From NCBI GenBank assembly GCA_951406725.2, contig OX597822.1, positions 37,200,001 through 37,264,000 of the forward strand: a stretch of 64,000 nt of DNA, written 5' to 3'. Origin of the DNA: Octopus vulgaris. Its lineage: Eukaryota. The notes beneath the pieces were generated by a model. It made no database searches. It worked only from the letters and a program-made list of their open reading frames with translations, and had not been told where the DNA came from. Below are positions 24,850 through 64,000 of the stretch, one piece after another (the first letter of the stretch is position 1; every line of letters begins with the position of its first letter). Both the position numbers and the translations under genes were made by a program.

Positions 24850-27534
24850 TGTCTCTGAAATTTAATTTATCGACTCGTAAAAAAAAATCCACTTAGAAAT
24901 AGCAGCTTAATATCCCTCACACCACATTCTATCTTAATAAAAATAATGAAAAAGAAAATTTACATTATCTAAATGTAATTCTAGGTACACTATGTCTGCG
25001 CTGAATACACAAGGAGAAATTTATTGATTTCATCTCCTTCGAACTGCATGCCCCGATGTGAATGAATGCAATTTGATGAATCGCTCATAGGAAATAGCGG
25101 TAGTCGATGACTAATCACGATATCGATTGTCATGTCTGAACATGGGAATTTGAAGATATATTATGAGTATTCATCCACCAGCACTAGCAAATAACGATTT
25201 CTTTTCAGAACATATACTCGGTCTTATTTATCTAAATCTGTGTATATTTTTCCCATAGGCAAATTGCTCCTATTGGTTTCTAAAACTCTGGTTTGAGTTC
25301 CTTACCGATTTAACATTCCTAGGTTAAATTTGGCAAATTTCAATGATTAGAGATGGTAGGTTATGAATCTTACATCCTAGCGCATCCCAGATGACAACTG
25401 ATCATGGGTGACTGGGGAGAGAAATGTTGGTGCCACTTTAGCGTGTGGTTTATTTAGCCATTTACACTTTAGCATGCAGTCTACCTGGCCATTTACACTT
25501 TATTGTGCTGTCTTACCCTAAACCCTAACCCCCACTCTAAATCCTTACCTGTCACTTTAAACCCTAATCATTACCCAGATCAGATCATTCACAGCATAGA
25601 CAATGTATACTGTCGTTGACTACATGCTAAAGTAGCACCAAAATATCTTACAAGGTGGCAGGTCTTGATGGGCGTGTCTGATACCTTGTTTGGGTATTAT
25701 GTATAATTGAATATAACAGCAAAACATGGACAGTGTATATAGAAATCCTGGGGAAAAGTGTTAAAAATACAAGAAACCGGTCATTAGTCGGAGAGAACTG
25801 TAAAATTTTGGCACATAATTTTCTAGTGCATTCTATAATTTCAGCAATTTCCTTTTCAATTATTGACAGAGGGTGGAATGTCATGGGCTGTCATTTTGAT
25901 TGTGATTGTCACTTCATGTTCCTCTAATGTGCTTCTTGTGCCATAAGACTTTTCAAGGAAAGAACAGATTGTAAGAGAAGCATTTTTATCAGAAGATTTT
26001 TCTTTTTCCATAGTGTCTTTGTTTTATAATGGTAGATTGCCATATCTTATAATATAATGTCCTACATTTGTCAATTTTTGTGTACATTGTGTAAGTGCTA
26101 TTGAATTATCCTTTTGATGTATTATTACAAAGAAACCTATGTGATTTCAGTTGTTGAGGATTTTTAGATTCTGGAAATTTCATGAGACATTAGTATATTG
26201 AAGAGTGAGATCTTATGCCATTTTTTCATTATGTGGAAAATATGCCGTGAGTGAGAAGACCCGGCAACACAAGTGAGACCATAACCTGTGACCTTTACCA
26301 GGGGTGTAGCCAGCCCACTTATTTGTACCTTTCCTTCTTTGGACACAAAACTCTGCTTGCAAAGACCTGTTGAGGCAAGTGAAATCAAAATCGAACCAAA
26401 TTCGACGACTGGCACCCATGCCAACCTTCCTTCATTGGACACTAAACTCTGCTTGTGAAGACCTGTTGGGGGTAAGTGAAATTGAAATTGAACCAAATTC
26501 GATGACTGGTACCTGTGCCAGTGGAGCTCCATCCGAGCAGGATCACTGCCAGAGCAGCTGTCTGGCTTCCGCACCGGTGGTATGTCAAAGGCACCATTTG
26601 AGCATGATCGTTACCAGCGTCACCTTACTGGCACTTGAACAAAACATTCGAGTGAGGTCGTTGCTAGTGCCGCTGGACTGACTCCTGTGCAGGTGGCATG
26701 TAAAAAATACCATTTGAGCATGGCCATTGCCAGTACCGCCAGACTGGCTCTTGTGTCAGTGGCACGTAAAAGCACCCACTACACACTCGGAGTGGTTAGC
26801 ATTAGGAAGGGCATCCAGCTGTAGAAACTCTGCCAGATCAGATTGGAGCCTGGTGCAGCCATCTGGTTCGCTAGTCCTCAGTCAAATCGTCCAACCCATG
26901 CTAGCATGGAAAGCGGACATTAAATGATGATGATGTGACTAAGAAAAATGGGTTTCTGCAATATCTCACTTGTTGGACTTGCTGAACTGCATTCTTAGAC
27001 TCTCTAAAAGTCTTGTCAAAATTAATGGATGTGTTTTCATCTGCAATTACATCAAAAATTTGTTGAAGTTTCATTCTAAGAATGAATTTGTTGATAATTT
27101 TCTAAAATATTGGCACAGTGTTGGTGCAACCAAAGTGGATGGGGGTTAGATAAATTCATCAAGTTCACTAACTGCCTCAAAAGCTGGATGTATAGGAAAT
27201 TTATATGCACTCTTTAAATCAATATGGCTGAAGAAGTTACTTACAGAAGCTTTGGTGTATAGACTATTGATATTGTTTAGAGGATATGCATTGAGGTTTA
27301 CATAGATATTGATCATGTTAGACTAATTAATACTAATCTAAGATTGGATTCTCTGCTCATGTTCGTTACATAACATTAAGCTCTCCTGGCATAAAAGAAT
27401 AGCACTTGATTTTATTGACTCTGAAAGGATGAATGATGAGGTTGACTTCAACCTGATTTGAACCTAGAATGGAAAGAACCAGAAGGGTTACTGGAAAGCA
27501 CTTTTTCGGATGCTCTAACAGTTTGGTCAATCGA

Positions 27535-28440
27535 CAGGGTGCAGTGAATAAACTTTCGTCTAAATTATGCAAAAATGAAAATAACACTGACATCTCATTT
27601 TAACAGATATATTTACTAAAATTACATTAAAATAACTTGAAATACTAAAGAGTAGATTTATTCAATAAAATCGCCATTGGCTTCAACCACGGCCTCCACA
27701 CAACTTCGGAATCTCTTGCAGCTCTTCTGGATGGTCTCCTTGTTTAACTTAGTGAATATTTCCATAATCCTTGACTTCAGTTCATCTTTGGTGTTACAAG
27801 GAGTTTTGTTGGTCTCTCACTCAACTGCAGTCTACACATAATAATCAAGGGGATTGCAGTCTGGGGAGTTAGGCGGCCAGATGTTAGGGGTGATGTAGTT
27901 GCAGAAATTGTCTGACAGCCATGACTGGGTTCTCCTTGGTTGGCATGGTGCAGAGTTCTGTTGCCAGACATAGGGTCTTCCAGCAGCCACCTGCTTGACT
28001 CAGGGCAGCACTACCTCCCTCAAGCACTTAATGTAGGCCTCCGTGTTGAACGTGAGGCTATGTGGGAAGATAAATGGAGGCATAATTTCACCATCACTAG
28101 TGATCACTCAAAACACCATGATGTTGACTGGATGTTTGATTTTTATCACTCTTGGTACATGTTCTCAGATTGACACCCTAACACTCTGAAACATTCCTAT
28201 TGGTGCTTCCAGCATGAATGCCAAGCAGTACAGCATATCATTTCGAAATTTCTGGGAGAGCGAATTGTGTCACAGTGCTGTTTTTTTCACAGACAGTGCC
28301 CAACTGACCCTACGACACTATATACTACTATACTGTGTATACCCTACTATACTGTGTAATAAACAAAATTAGAGACAAACAATGCACATGCATGAAATAA
28401 AAAATATAAAATGGTGACAATTTACCCATCACACCCTGTA
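27535..28440 (-). mobile_element. Degenerate Tc1/mariner-superfamily element (Tc1/maT-like)
   Basis: Minus-strand IWPPNSPDCNPLDY motif at about 27845-27885; cagggtg...caccctgta termini. Confidence 0.75.
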
Positions 28441-29054
28441 CTGTCCTTTCGATAATAATAGTTTCTGATTTAGGCATAAGACTAGCAATTTTGAGGGTAG
28501 GAGTTGGGTGGTTAATTTATACTGTTGACCCCAGTACTAGACCAGGTACTTTAATGACCCCCAAAAGAATGAAAAACAAAATTGAACTTGGTAGAACTTG
28601 AGCTTTGAACATAAAAACTCAAAACAAACACTTTAAACTAGTCATAACTGGCCCAAATATTCTACATGTTTTATGTTCAAACTGGCCGGATCCAACCTCT
28701 CACACCTACCCTACAATTACATGATCAAAATTTCAAAGTTATGAGATAATGTAGGATTAATTCAAAACAAATCTGATTAAATAAGCATTATACTTGACAG
28801 AATAATCTGAATGTGAAAGAGTTCAGGCATTTTGTCCAGTACTCAAATAATTCTACCTATCCCCCACCTTTAATAATTGTTTCTAATTTAAGCACAAGTT
28901 GTACTTCAGTTGTACTTTATTTCATTAACTCCAGAGATATAAAGCAAATGTTGGTCCAAGCAGGAATTTGAATTCAAAATGTAAAGACATAGAATAGATA
29001 ATGCTAAGCATTTTCTTGACATTCTAATAATTCTGCCTATCCACTGTCCTCATA

Positions 29055-29238
29055 TAATAATAATAATAACAAACATACTGGAAACAAACACAGAAAAAAC
29101 TAAGCATACGAAAACCCGTGCTTAGATATTGTTACTGATAAATGGCAAATACCTAAAGAGAGCTAATTATTCCAATGTTGACAAGGAGTTACCTGGCCAA
29201 CATATTAAAAAACAGCAGTCGCCCAACATATCATGTAT
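29055..29238 (+). mobile_element. R4/Dong-type fragment, 5' half of the interrupted copy (internally deleted)
   Basis: Matches 32967-33250 (gaaacaa.cacagaaaaa.ctaag, cttagatatt, gataaatggcaa, aacatatt..a.ca.cagt.gcccaacat). Confidence 0.75.
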
Positions 29239-32166
29239 CATCATCATCATCATCATCATTTAACGTCCGCCTTCCATGCTAGCATGGGTTGGACGGTTCA
29301 ACTGGGGTCTGGGGAGCCCGAAAGCTGCACCAGTCCAGTCAGATCTGGCAGTGTTTCTACAGCTGGATGCCCTTCCTAACGCCAACCACTCCGAGAGTGT
29401 AGTGGGTGATTTTATGTGCCACCGACACAGGTGCCAGACGAGGCTGGCAAACGGCCACGCTCGGATGGTGTTTTTTATGTGCCACCGACACAGGTGCCAG
29501 ACGAGGCTGGCAGACGGCCACGCTCGGATGGTGTTTTTATGTGCCACCGACACAGGAGCCAGATGAGGCTGGCAAACGGCCACGATCGGATGGTGCTTGT
29601 TACGTGCCCACAGCACGGAGGCCAGTCGATGCGGTACTGGCTACGGCCACGTTCGGATAGTTTTCTTGTGTGCCACGTGCCACCGGCACTGGTACCACAA
29701 AGATACAAATTCCATTGATGTTCATCTATTTTGATTTGTTTTGATTTTCACTTGCCTCAACAGGTCTTCACAAGTTTCACAAGAAGGAAGGTATGCACAG
29801 GTGGACTGACTACGTCCCAGGTAGGGGCCATGGGTTATGGCCTGACTAGTCTTGCCGGGTCTTCGGATGGTGTTTTTATGTGCCACCGACACAGGTGCTA
29901 GATGAGGCTAGCGAATGGCCACGATCGGATGGTGTTTGTCATGTGCCCACAGCACGGAGGCCAGTCGATGCGGTACTGGCTACAGCCACTTTCGGATGGT
30001 TTTCTCTTGTGTGCCACCGGCACTGGTACCACGAAGATACAAATTCCATTGATGTTCATCTATTTTGATTTGTTTTGATTTGATTTTGATTTTCACTTGC
30101 CTCAACAGGCCTTCACAAGTATCACAAGGAGGAAGGTATGCACAGGTGGACTGACTACGTCCCAGGTAGGGGCCATGGTTTATGGCCTGACTAGTCTTGC
30201 CGGGTCTTCGGATGGTGTTTTTATGTGCCACCGACACAGGTGCTAGATGAGGCTGGCGACGTCCCAGGTAGGGGCCATGGTTTATGGCCTGACTAGTCTT
30301 GCCGGGTCTTCGGATGGTGTTTTTATGTGCCACCGACACAGGTGCTAGATGAGGCTGGCGAACGGCCACGATTGGATGGTGTTTGTTGTGCCCACAGCAC
30401 GATGGCCAGTGATGCGGTACTGACTACGGCCATGTTCAGATGGATTCTTGTGTGCCACCGGCACTGGTACCACAAGCGGTACTGACTACTTTTTATGTGC
30501 CACCGACACAGGTGCTAGATGAGGCTGGCGAACGGCCACGACCGGATGGTGTTTGTTATGTGCCCACAGCACGATGGCCAGTGATGCGGTACTGACTACG
30601 GCCACGTTCGGATGGATTCTTGTGTGCCACCGGCACTGGTACCACAAGCGGTACTGACTACGGCCACGTTCGGATGGATTCTTGTGTGCCACCGGCACTG
30701 GTACCACAAGATACAAATTCCATTGATGTTCATCTATTTTGATTTGTTTTGATTTGATTTTCACTTGCCTCAACAGGTCTTCACAAGTGTCACAAGAAGG
30801 AAGGTATGTACAGGTGGACTGACTACGTCCCAGGTAGGGCCCACGGGTTATGACCTGACTAGTCTTGCCGGGTCTTCGGATGGTGTTTTTATGTGCCACC
30901 ATGTTCCCACAGCACGGAGGCGAGTCGATGCGGTACTGGCTACGGCCACGTTTGGATGGTTTTCTTGTGTGCCACAGGCACTGGTACCACAAAGATACAA
31001 ATTCCATTGATGTTCATCTATTTTGATTGATGTTCACTTGCCTCAGCAGGTCTTCACAAGTGTCACAAGAAGGAAGGTATGCACAGGTGGATCGACTACG
31101 TCCCAGGTAGGGGCCACGGGATATGGCCTGACTAGTCCTGCCGGGTCCTCTCATGCACAGCACACTTCCATAGGACTCGGTCTTCAGTCATTTCCTTGGT
31201 GAGACCTAAAGTTCGAAGGTCGTGCTTCACCACCTCGTCCCAGGTTTTCCTGGGTCTACCTCTTCCACAGGTTCCCTCAACTGCTAGGGTGTAGCACTTT
31301 TGCACACAACTATCTTCAGCCATTCTCGTCACATGACCATACCAGCGCAGCCGTCTCTCTTGCAGACCACAACTGACACTTCTTAGGTTCAACTTTTCTC
31401 TCAAAGTACTTACACTCTGACGATTATGAACACTGACATTACACATCCATCGGAGCATACTGGCTTCATTTCTTGCAAGCTTACGCATATCCTCAGCTGT
31501 CACGGCCCATGTTTCACTACCATGTAGCATGGCTGTACGTACACACGCATCATATAGTCTGCCTTTTACTCTTAGCGAGAGGCCTTTTGTCACCAGCAGG
31601 GGTAAGAGCTCTCTAAACTTTGCCCAGGCTATTCTTACTCTAGCAGTTACACTTTCAGCACACCCACCCCCGCTACTGACTTGGTCTCCTAGGTAGCGGA
31701 AGCTATCAACTACTTCTAGTTTGTCTCCCTGGAACGTGGTAGAAGTTGGTCTCTGCACATTTCCAGTGTTTATTTCCCTTGAGCATCTGCCACAGACAAA
31801 AACTATTTTCTTAGTTAGCCTTCCTTTGACATTGCTGCACCTCTTATGTGTCCATAGCTTACACTTGGTGCACCTTATAGAGTTTCTACCTACACCTTTT
31901 TTACAGATCGAGCAGGGCCATCTACCTGAAGTCGTTTGTGGTTGGTCCACCTTCCTACTTATTAGGACTTTGGTTTTGGCTAGGTTGATTCTAAGGCCCT
32001 TCGATTCTAATCCTTGTTTCCACACCTGAAACTTCTCCTCCAGTTCTGATAGTGACTCAGCAATTAGAGCAAGGTCATCAGCATATAGGAGCTCCCAGGG
32101 GCATCCTGTCTTAAATTCTTCCGTTATTGCCTGGAGGACTATGATAAATAGGAGGGGGCTGAGGAC
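29239..32166 (-). mobile_element. 5'-truncated RTE-clade non-LTR retrotransposon: RT C-terminal part plus a long 3' UTR with internal tandem duplications and a (GAT)n tail
   Basis: VLSPLLF, ELLYADDL, YLG, YGSETW-like LHGSETW, RRLRWYGHV and RGRGRPRKTW in ORF 31132..32166; (cat)n tail at 29238-29258. Confidence 0.93.
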
Positions 32167-32940
32167 GAAACCATTGATCATGTTGTCTCCATGTGCAGTC
32201 TTCTTGTGTCTACAGAGTATCTCAACAGGCATGATAGAGTAACACAGTATATTCACTGGGTAATTTGCAAAAACATGGACCTGCCCCATGATAAAAACTA
32301 GTGGGAACACAAACTACCACCAGTGCACGAAAATGATCACATCTCACTCCTCAAGAATTTCACCATTCAAACTGACAGGAAGAGAGATGCGAATAGGCCA
32401 GACATTATATTGCTTCTTCCTTTATATGACTGTCCCAATTGCTTCTTCCTTTATATGACTGTCCCAATTGACATAAATGTATCTGTCAAGACCTACCAAA
32501 ACCTGAGCAAGTATAAAGATCTTGAAATAGAAATTGGCAAAATGTGGAACCTTAAGACTGAAACAATACCTTTTGTCATAGGTGCCCAAGGAACGATAGC
32601 AAAAAGAGCTGATTGCTTCCTAGCTCAGATATCAGGAAACCCCAAAACGGCAGAAATTCAAAAGATAGTGCTCATGGAAACTGACCATGTCCTACATAAA
32701 ATACTGTCTATGTAATCTCAAGTTTTAAAACAAACTTATAATTTTCTTATGTTTTCTCAAATATTCTCTAGATCAATAGTATGTGCAAAACCAAATGTAT
32801 GACACCCTTGGCATAACACCAACAAGAACTTCTAAATTGTTGTCTCTTGAGGTCTCTGGGTGAGACTTGGAGTCAGCTTGTACAAATACAAAGCAAAAGT
32901 GAAACATATAATAATATTAATAATAATAATAATAATTATT
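32167..32940 (+). mobile_element. R4/Dong-type fragment, 3' half of a copy interrupted by the RTE LINE
   Basis: Homologous to 33268-34030 (ETIDHVVS..RHD..TDR..ANRPDI..KYKDL); (TAA)n tail. Confidence 0.85.
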
Positions 32941-32966
32941 ATTATTATTATCATTATTATTATTAG

Positions 32967-33993
32967 ACATACAAGAAACAAGCACAGAAAAAGCTAAGTG
33001 CATGAAAACCCATGCTAAAACTGCTGCCTTAGATATTCTGAATGATAAATGGCAAGAAAAACCTCTCTATGGCAAATACCCAAAGAGAGCGAATAATGCA
33101 GATGTTGACAAAGCCCTGACCCATCAATGGCTAATGGCCTCTGGCTTAAAATCTGAAACAGAAGGGCTTATCATAGCAGCTCAAGATCAATGCCAACCAA
33201 CAAGGAACTACCAACATATTAAAGAACGGCAGTAGCCCAACATGTCGTGTATGTCAACAACTAAATGAAACCATTGATCATGTTGTCTCCAAGTGAAGTC
33301 TTCTAGCACCTACAGAGTATCTCAACAGGCATGATAGAGCTGCACAATATATTCACTGGGTAATTTGCAAAAACCTGGATTTACCCCATGAAAAAAACTG
33401 GTGGGAACACAAACCACCTCCAGTGCTTCAAAATGACCACATCTCACTCCTCTGGAACTTCACCATTCAAACAGACAGAAAGATAGATGCAAATAGGCCA
33501 GACATCGTATTGAAATACTTCAGACAAAGAACATGCCTCCTCATTGATATGACTGTCCCAATCGATATAAACGTATCTGTCAAGACCTACCAAAAACTGA
33601 GCAAATATAAAGATCTTGAAATAGAAATCAGCAAAATGTGGAACCTGAAGACAAAAACAATACCTGTTGTCATAGGTGCCCTGGGAATGATAGCAAAAGG
33701 GGCTGATTGCTACCTAACTCAGATATCAGGAAACCCAAAAATGGCAGAAATTCAAAAGATAGTGCTCAGCTCATATCCTACGCAAAATACTTTCTATGTA
33801 ATCTCAAGTTTTAAAACAAACATAATTTTCGTATGGTTTTTTTAGACATTCACTAGTACAACACTAAATACAAAACCAAATATATGGCACACTAGGCATA
33901 ACAACAACATGAACTTCCAATCTGTTGCCTCTTGAGTTCTCTGGGTGAGACTTGGAACCAACTTGTACAAATGTAAAGCAAAAGTCAAACATA

Positions 33994-34026
<33 letters not shown>

Positions 34027-34030
34027 TACT
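32967..34030 (+). mobile_element. R4/Dong-type non-LTR retrotransposon 3' fragment (CCHC zinc knuckle plus restriction-like endonuclease), degenerate
   Basis: LKSETEGLIIAAQDQ, CRVC..ETIDHVVS, YLNRHD and LLWNFTIQTDRKIDANRPDIV...KLSKYKDL; flanked by (TAA)n tracts. Confidence 0.88.
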
Positions 34031-34942
34031 GATAATAATCATCATCATCGTTGTCATTTAACGTCCGCTTTCCATGCTGACATGAGTTGGACAGTTTGAC
34101 TGAGGGCTGGCGAGCCAGAAGGCTGCACCAGGCCCTAATCTGATCTGGCATAGTTTCTACAGCTGGATGCCCTTCTTAATGCCAGGGTGCCCTGCACAAC
34201 CCCAGTACTTGGCTGTTACTTATTTTATCACCCCAAACAGATAAAAGGCAAAGTTGACTTTTACAGAGTTTGACTTTATTATCATTATTGGGCACATGGC
34301 TTAGTGGTTAGAGTGTTGCACTCACAATTGCGATATCATGGTTTCAATCCCTAGACTGGGTGGTGCACTGTGTTCTTGAGCAAAACACTTTATCTCATAC
34401 GATGAAAATAAACAAAGTTTGCTTTAGAAGCGTTGAGATGCATTGAAAGATACAGAAATAAATTATTCTCAAATGCATGATAATGCTAATACAATAGCAT
34501 GAACAAGATAAACTATCCATATATTGCAGAAAAATTCTGCAATCCTGTTCATGCTATTGTATTAGCAGTATCATGTGTTTGAGAATAAATTATTTCTGTA
34601 TTTTATCTCATGTTGCTCTGTGATGGTTTTGACACAAGGCAGTGAGCTGGCAGAATCATCAGCATGTCAGGCTAAATGCTTAGCAGCATTTTGCCCATCT
34701 TTATGTTCTGAGTTCAAATTCTGCCAAAGTTGACTTCACCTTTTGTCTTTATGGGGTTGATGAAATAAGTACAAGTCAAGCACTGGTGTCAATTTAATCA
34801 ACTTACACCCTCCCCCAACATTGCTGGCCTTGTGCCGGACTTTGAAATTGTTATTATCATTATTATTATAGAAGAAGAGTGTTTTATCATACATGCATGA
34901 AAAACAATATCAACAGGAAACACAGTAAGGGCAAAACAAAAC

Positions 34943-34948
34943 TTTATT
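34943..34948 (-). terminator. Putative polyadenylation signal of the peroxidase gene
   Basis: AATAAA on the minus strand about 170 nt after the predicted stop. Confidence 0.4.
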
Positions 34949-35119
34949 TTAAACCAGATCTACAATTACTTGATTCTGACATCAAAAGAAGAAAAATTGA
35001 TGCAACCCTCTCAAAATTTTAATTCATTTAAAAGCAATATATATATATATAAGTATCCATTATTTCCAAATATGTCAAGTCGTCTTTACAGGGAATAAAA
35101 TGTCTTTCTTAAACTTCCA

Positions 35120-61568
<26,449 letters not shown>

Positions 61569-63893
61569 CCTGTGGGGGAAAGGGAGAGGAGATCAATTAG
61601 CAGTTGACTGGTAATTATCATCATCATCATCATTATCAACATAAATCATCATCAACTTAATTTTTATTGTCACTATCAACTTAATTATCATTATCACCAT
61701 CATTAATCTTGACTAGCTAGAAATAGTTATCAAATCCCCTACAAATCCTAGTCTGAAAGAAATGAGATTGAATAATGTGACCCTGGCTTTGCTGAACATA
61801 TGAAAATGTCAGGCTGGAGTGTTTTTGATCAACTACCAGCTCACTCAAGGCTGGTTTGAAGTTAACAACTACATTATCAATGTTATCATGTTCAGGAGTG
61901 TTGTAGATATTTCTCAACTGTTAGAAGATAATAGTGGCACCATTGATGCTATTGTTATTGTTGTTGTTTTGTAGTTAATAATATTTATCCCCTGATTAAC
62001 ACTAATGAGTAGATGAATGACCAATCCATCTAATTTTAACTCTTGGTCTACAATGTCCACTGTGACCTTATTTTAAGATGTAATTTGAGGGAGACTTGAT
62101 GCTATTTCAGACAAACCAAGCAATCATGTAGAAACTCTTTCATTGGCTTGCTAAAGGGAGAATGTCTTGAGCATGGCATTGTAACCTCCAGACCAACTGG
62201 TTGCTGGCAACAAAAGTCTATACCTAGATATACACACTGGTTTTTGAAATACTACCGTATCTAGATATACAGTAGCATATCTAGAGATATACACCTTGGT
62301 CACAGATACAATACAGTAGCATTTCTAAATACAGTAGTATATCTAGATATATACACCCAGGCCACAAATAGAATACTCTAGATATACAGTTGTGCATATC
62401 TGGATATACACGCAGGTCATCTATGCACTGCCATATATAGGCTCTGTAGTTAAGAAGTTTGCTTATAAACCGTCATAAAAGCAGGGTTTTTTTTGTTTCC
62501 AGTATTACCTGGCTTGGAATCAAGTAAGGGTTGGCTATAGGAAATGCATTCAGCTATAGAAAATTTCCCTCGATAAATTCCATCTGAACCATATAAGCAT
62601 CAAAAAGTGGACAATAAAGAATTATGAAAGTTGATGATGATGGTCATGGACAAATGAAAAAATGAAAAGAGAGTCAAAGTGGACATGACCAAAAAAAGTT
62701 GCTAATCTCCATACAACTGTATCAAGAGATATAATTGTGTGTGTCTCAATGTACAACTTGGTCGCTGATGCACTATATTACAAAATGTGAATAATAGTAT
62801 CGTTATTCACTGGTTTCTAATAGGCCAGTCACAGATTAATTGTATTTTTGATAGTGAAAATGCAAAGGGAATGTATCCAACTTGATGTGTCTCAAGGGCA
62901 TTCATACTTTAATGTTGATTTTTGCAGTTTTTGTTGTCATTGATACCTTTCACCAAGATACACACATGCATGTGCAATTTCAGGCACACACACACATGAT
63001 TGCATGATTGCACACACACACATTTACCTGTATCCATTCACAAGACTTTAATAGTAGAAGACTTTGTAGTAGAAGACACTTGCCCAGTGTGTCACGTATT
63101 GGACTGAATCCAAAGCTGTATGACTGTCATGAACTTCTTAACCATAAGAATAGGGAAAATAAAAGAGGCCAAGAACTAATTATGCTTTTCCTTTTAAATG
63201 TTTGTGAAGATATATACTTAAGATACACAAAGGGAATTGAAAACATAAACTTTAAAAATAGAAAAGGAAGAGAAATGATTAAAAAGAAAAAAATATCCCC
63301 AAAAATTGAAAGGAAAAAGTAACAAAAAGACTACAGAACCGAAGAGAGGGATCTTGTGAGACGAACCTTGCTGACCGGTTGTTTGACCAAAAAGCAGTAA
63401 TTTCAGTGATGCTTTTTCTCTAGGTTGTTTGAATGTTCAGACAAAGTAGATGTCTAGAGAGGCAATTGTTCACATCAAATGTGAATCGAAATGCAATTTG
63501 ACATGGAGAATCTCGCTCAATTTATAGTCTTCTGACAAATGACATCAATAGCCATTTGACCTTACCAGCTGCACTAATGCCACTACCACCAACACCTCCG
63601 CAGAGTGGGATGTGGTAGTGGTGGTGGTACACTAGTGGTAACTGTGGTTGAAGAAAGAGGCAGGGGAAGGTGGCACAGTGGTGTAATAGCGGTGGTGTGG
63701 TGAAGTGATGTAGCAGTGATGTGGTGATGTAGTGTAGTAGAGAAGTGATGGTTTTGATGGTAGATGGCTGGTGGTGGTGGTGGTGGTGGGGTGATGTTGG
63801 TAGTAGTATTGGAAACAGGTGTCAGTGAAAGGGTTAGGGTGGTTGTTTTTAGCAAAGCAGAGAGCAGGATAGAAAAAGTGAAATAGATATGAT

Positions 63894-63926
<33 letters not shown>

Positions 63927-64000
63927 ATGCGTGCACATGGGGCGTGTCTATGTGTATACATACATGTATGTATGCATACACACACACATATATACACACA

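Noticed and set aside
25505-25575. Telomere-like ccctaa units
   Set aside because: Few, degenerate and interstitial; more likely part of an old repeat.
26940-27330. Possible Mutator-like transposase remnant (EFVDNFLKYW, TNCLKSW)
   Set aside because: Two weak motif echoes broken by stops; not supportable without a profile search.
63566-63999. Possible 5' UTR exon of the peroxidase (GTAAGG donor at 63565) and Pro/Thr/His-rich ORFs
   Set aside because: The donor is plausible but unsupported; the ORFs derive from (GGT)n and (GT)n low-complexity sequence.

Overview
AT-rich, microsatellite- and transposon-dense eukaryotic DNA. The SINE and LINE families look like those of an octopod cephalopod (inference from repeat content). 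Two spliced genes lie on the minus strand; I reconstructed both by hand from GT-AG junctions with consistent phases. (1) An intron-rich PRMT6-like arginine methyltransferase: 11 coding exons, ATG at 22440, running off the left end of the window. (2) A secreted heme peroxidase of the peroxidase-cyclooxygenase superfamily (chorion peroxidase/peroxinectin-like): 14 coding exons, 61568..35120, 5517 nt, about 1838 aa. The peroxidase is the notable feature. One 3785-bp exon inserts about 1240 aa of His/Tyr/Ser/Lys/Pro-rich repeats into the normally short loop between the conserved CFPI and C-x-x-x-x-RS motifs. The insert has three furin-type sites (RYKR, RYKR, RHKR) separating distinct modules: about 74 xxHLxHx heptads, SHSHT x10, HKPKSYPY x8 and about 10 HHYGSSYYSKHHDP-type 14-mers. 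It looks like an enzyme-plus-structural-protein polyprotein that could carry its own cross-linking substrates (inference). The peroxidase part keeps the distal Gln/His/Arg and proximal His but lacks both heme-ester acids and the proximal Asn. Introns and the intergenic region hold RTE-type and R4/Dong-type LINEs (one nested), Tc1/mariner derivatives, TTAA-flanked MITEs, a Helentron-like element, tRNA-derived SINEs, many foldback hairpins and a tRNA-headed palindrome with a minimal hammerhead ribozyme motif.
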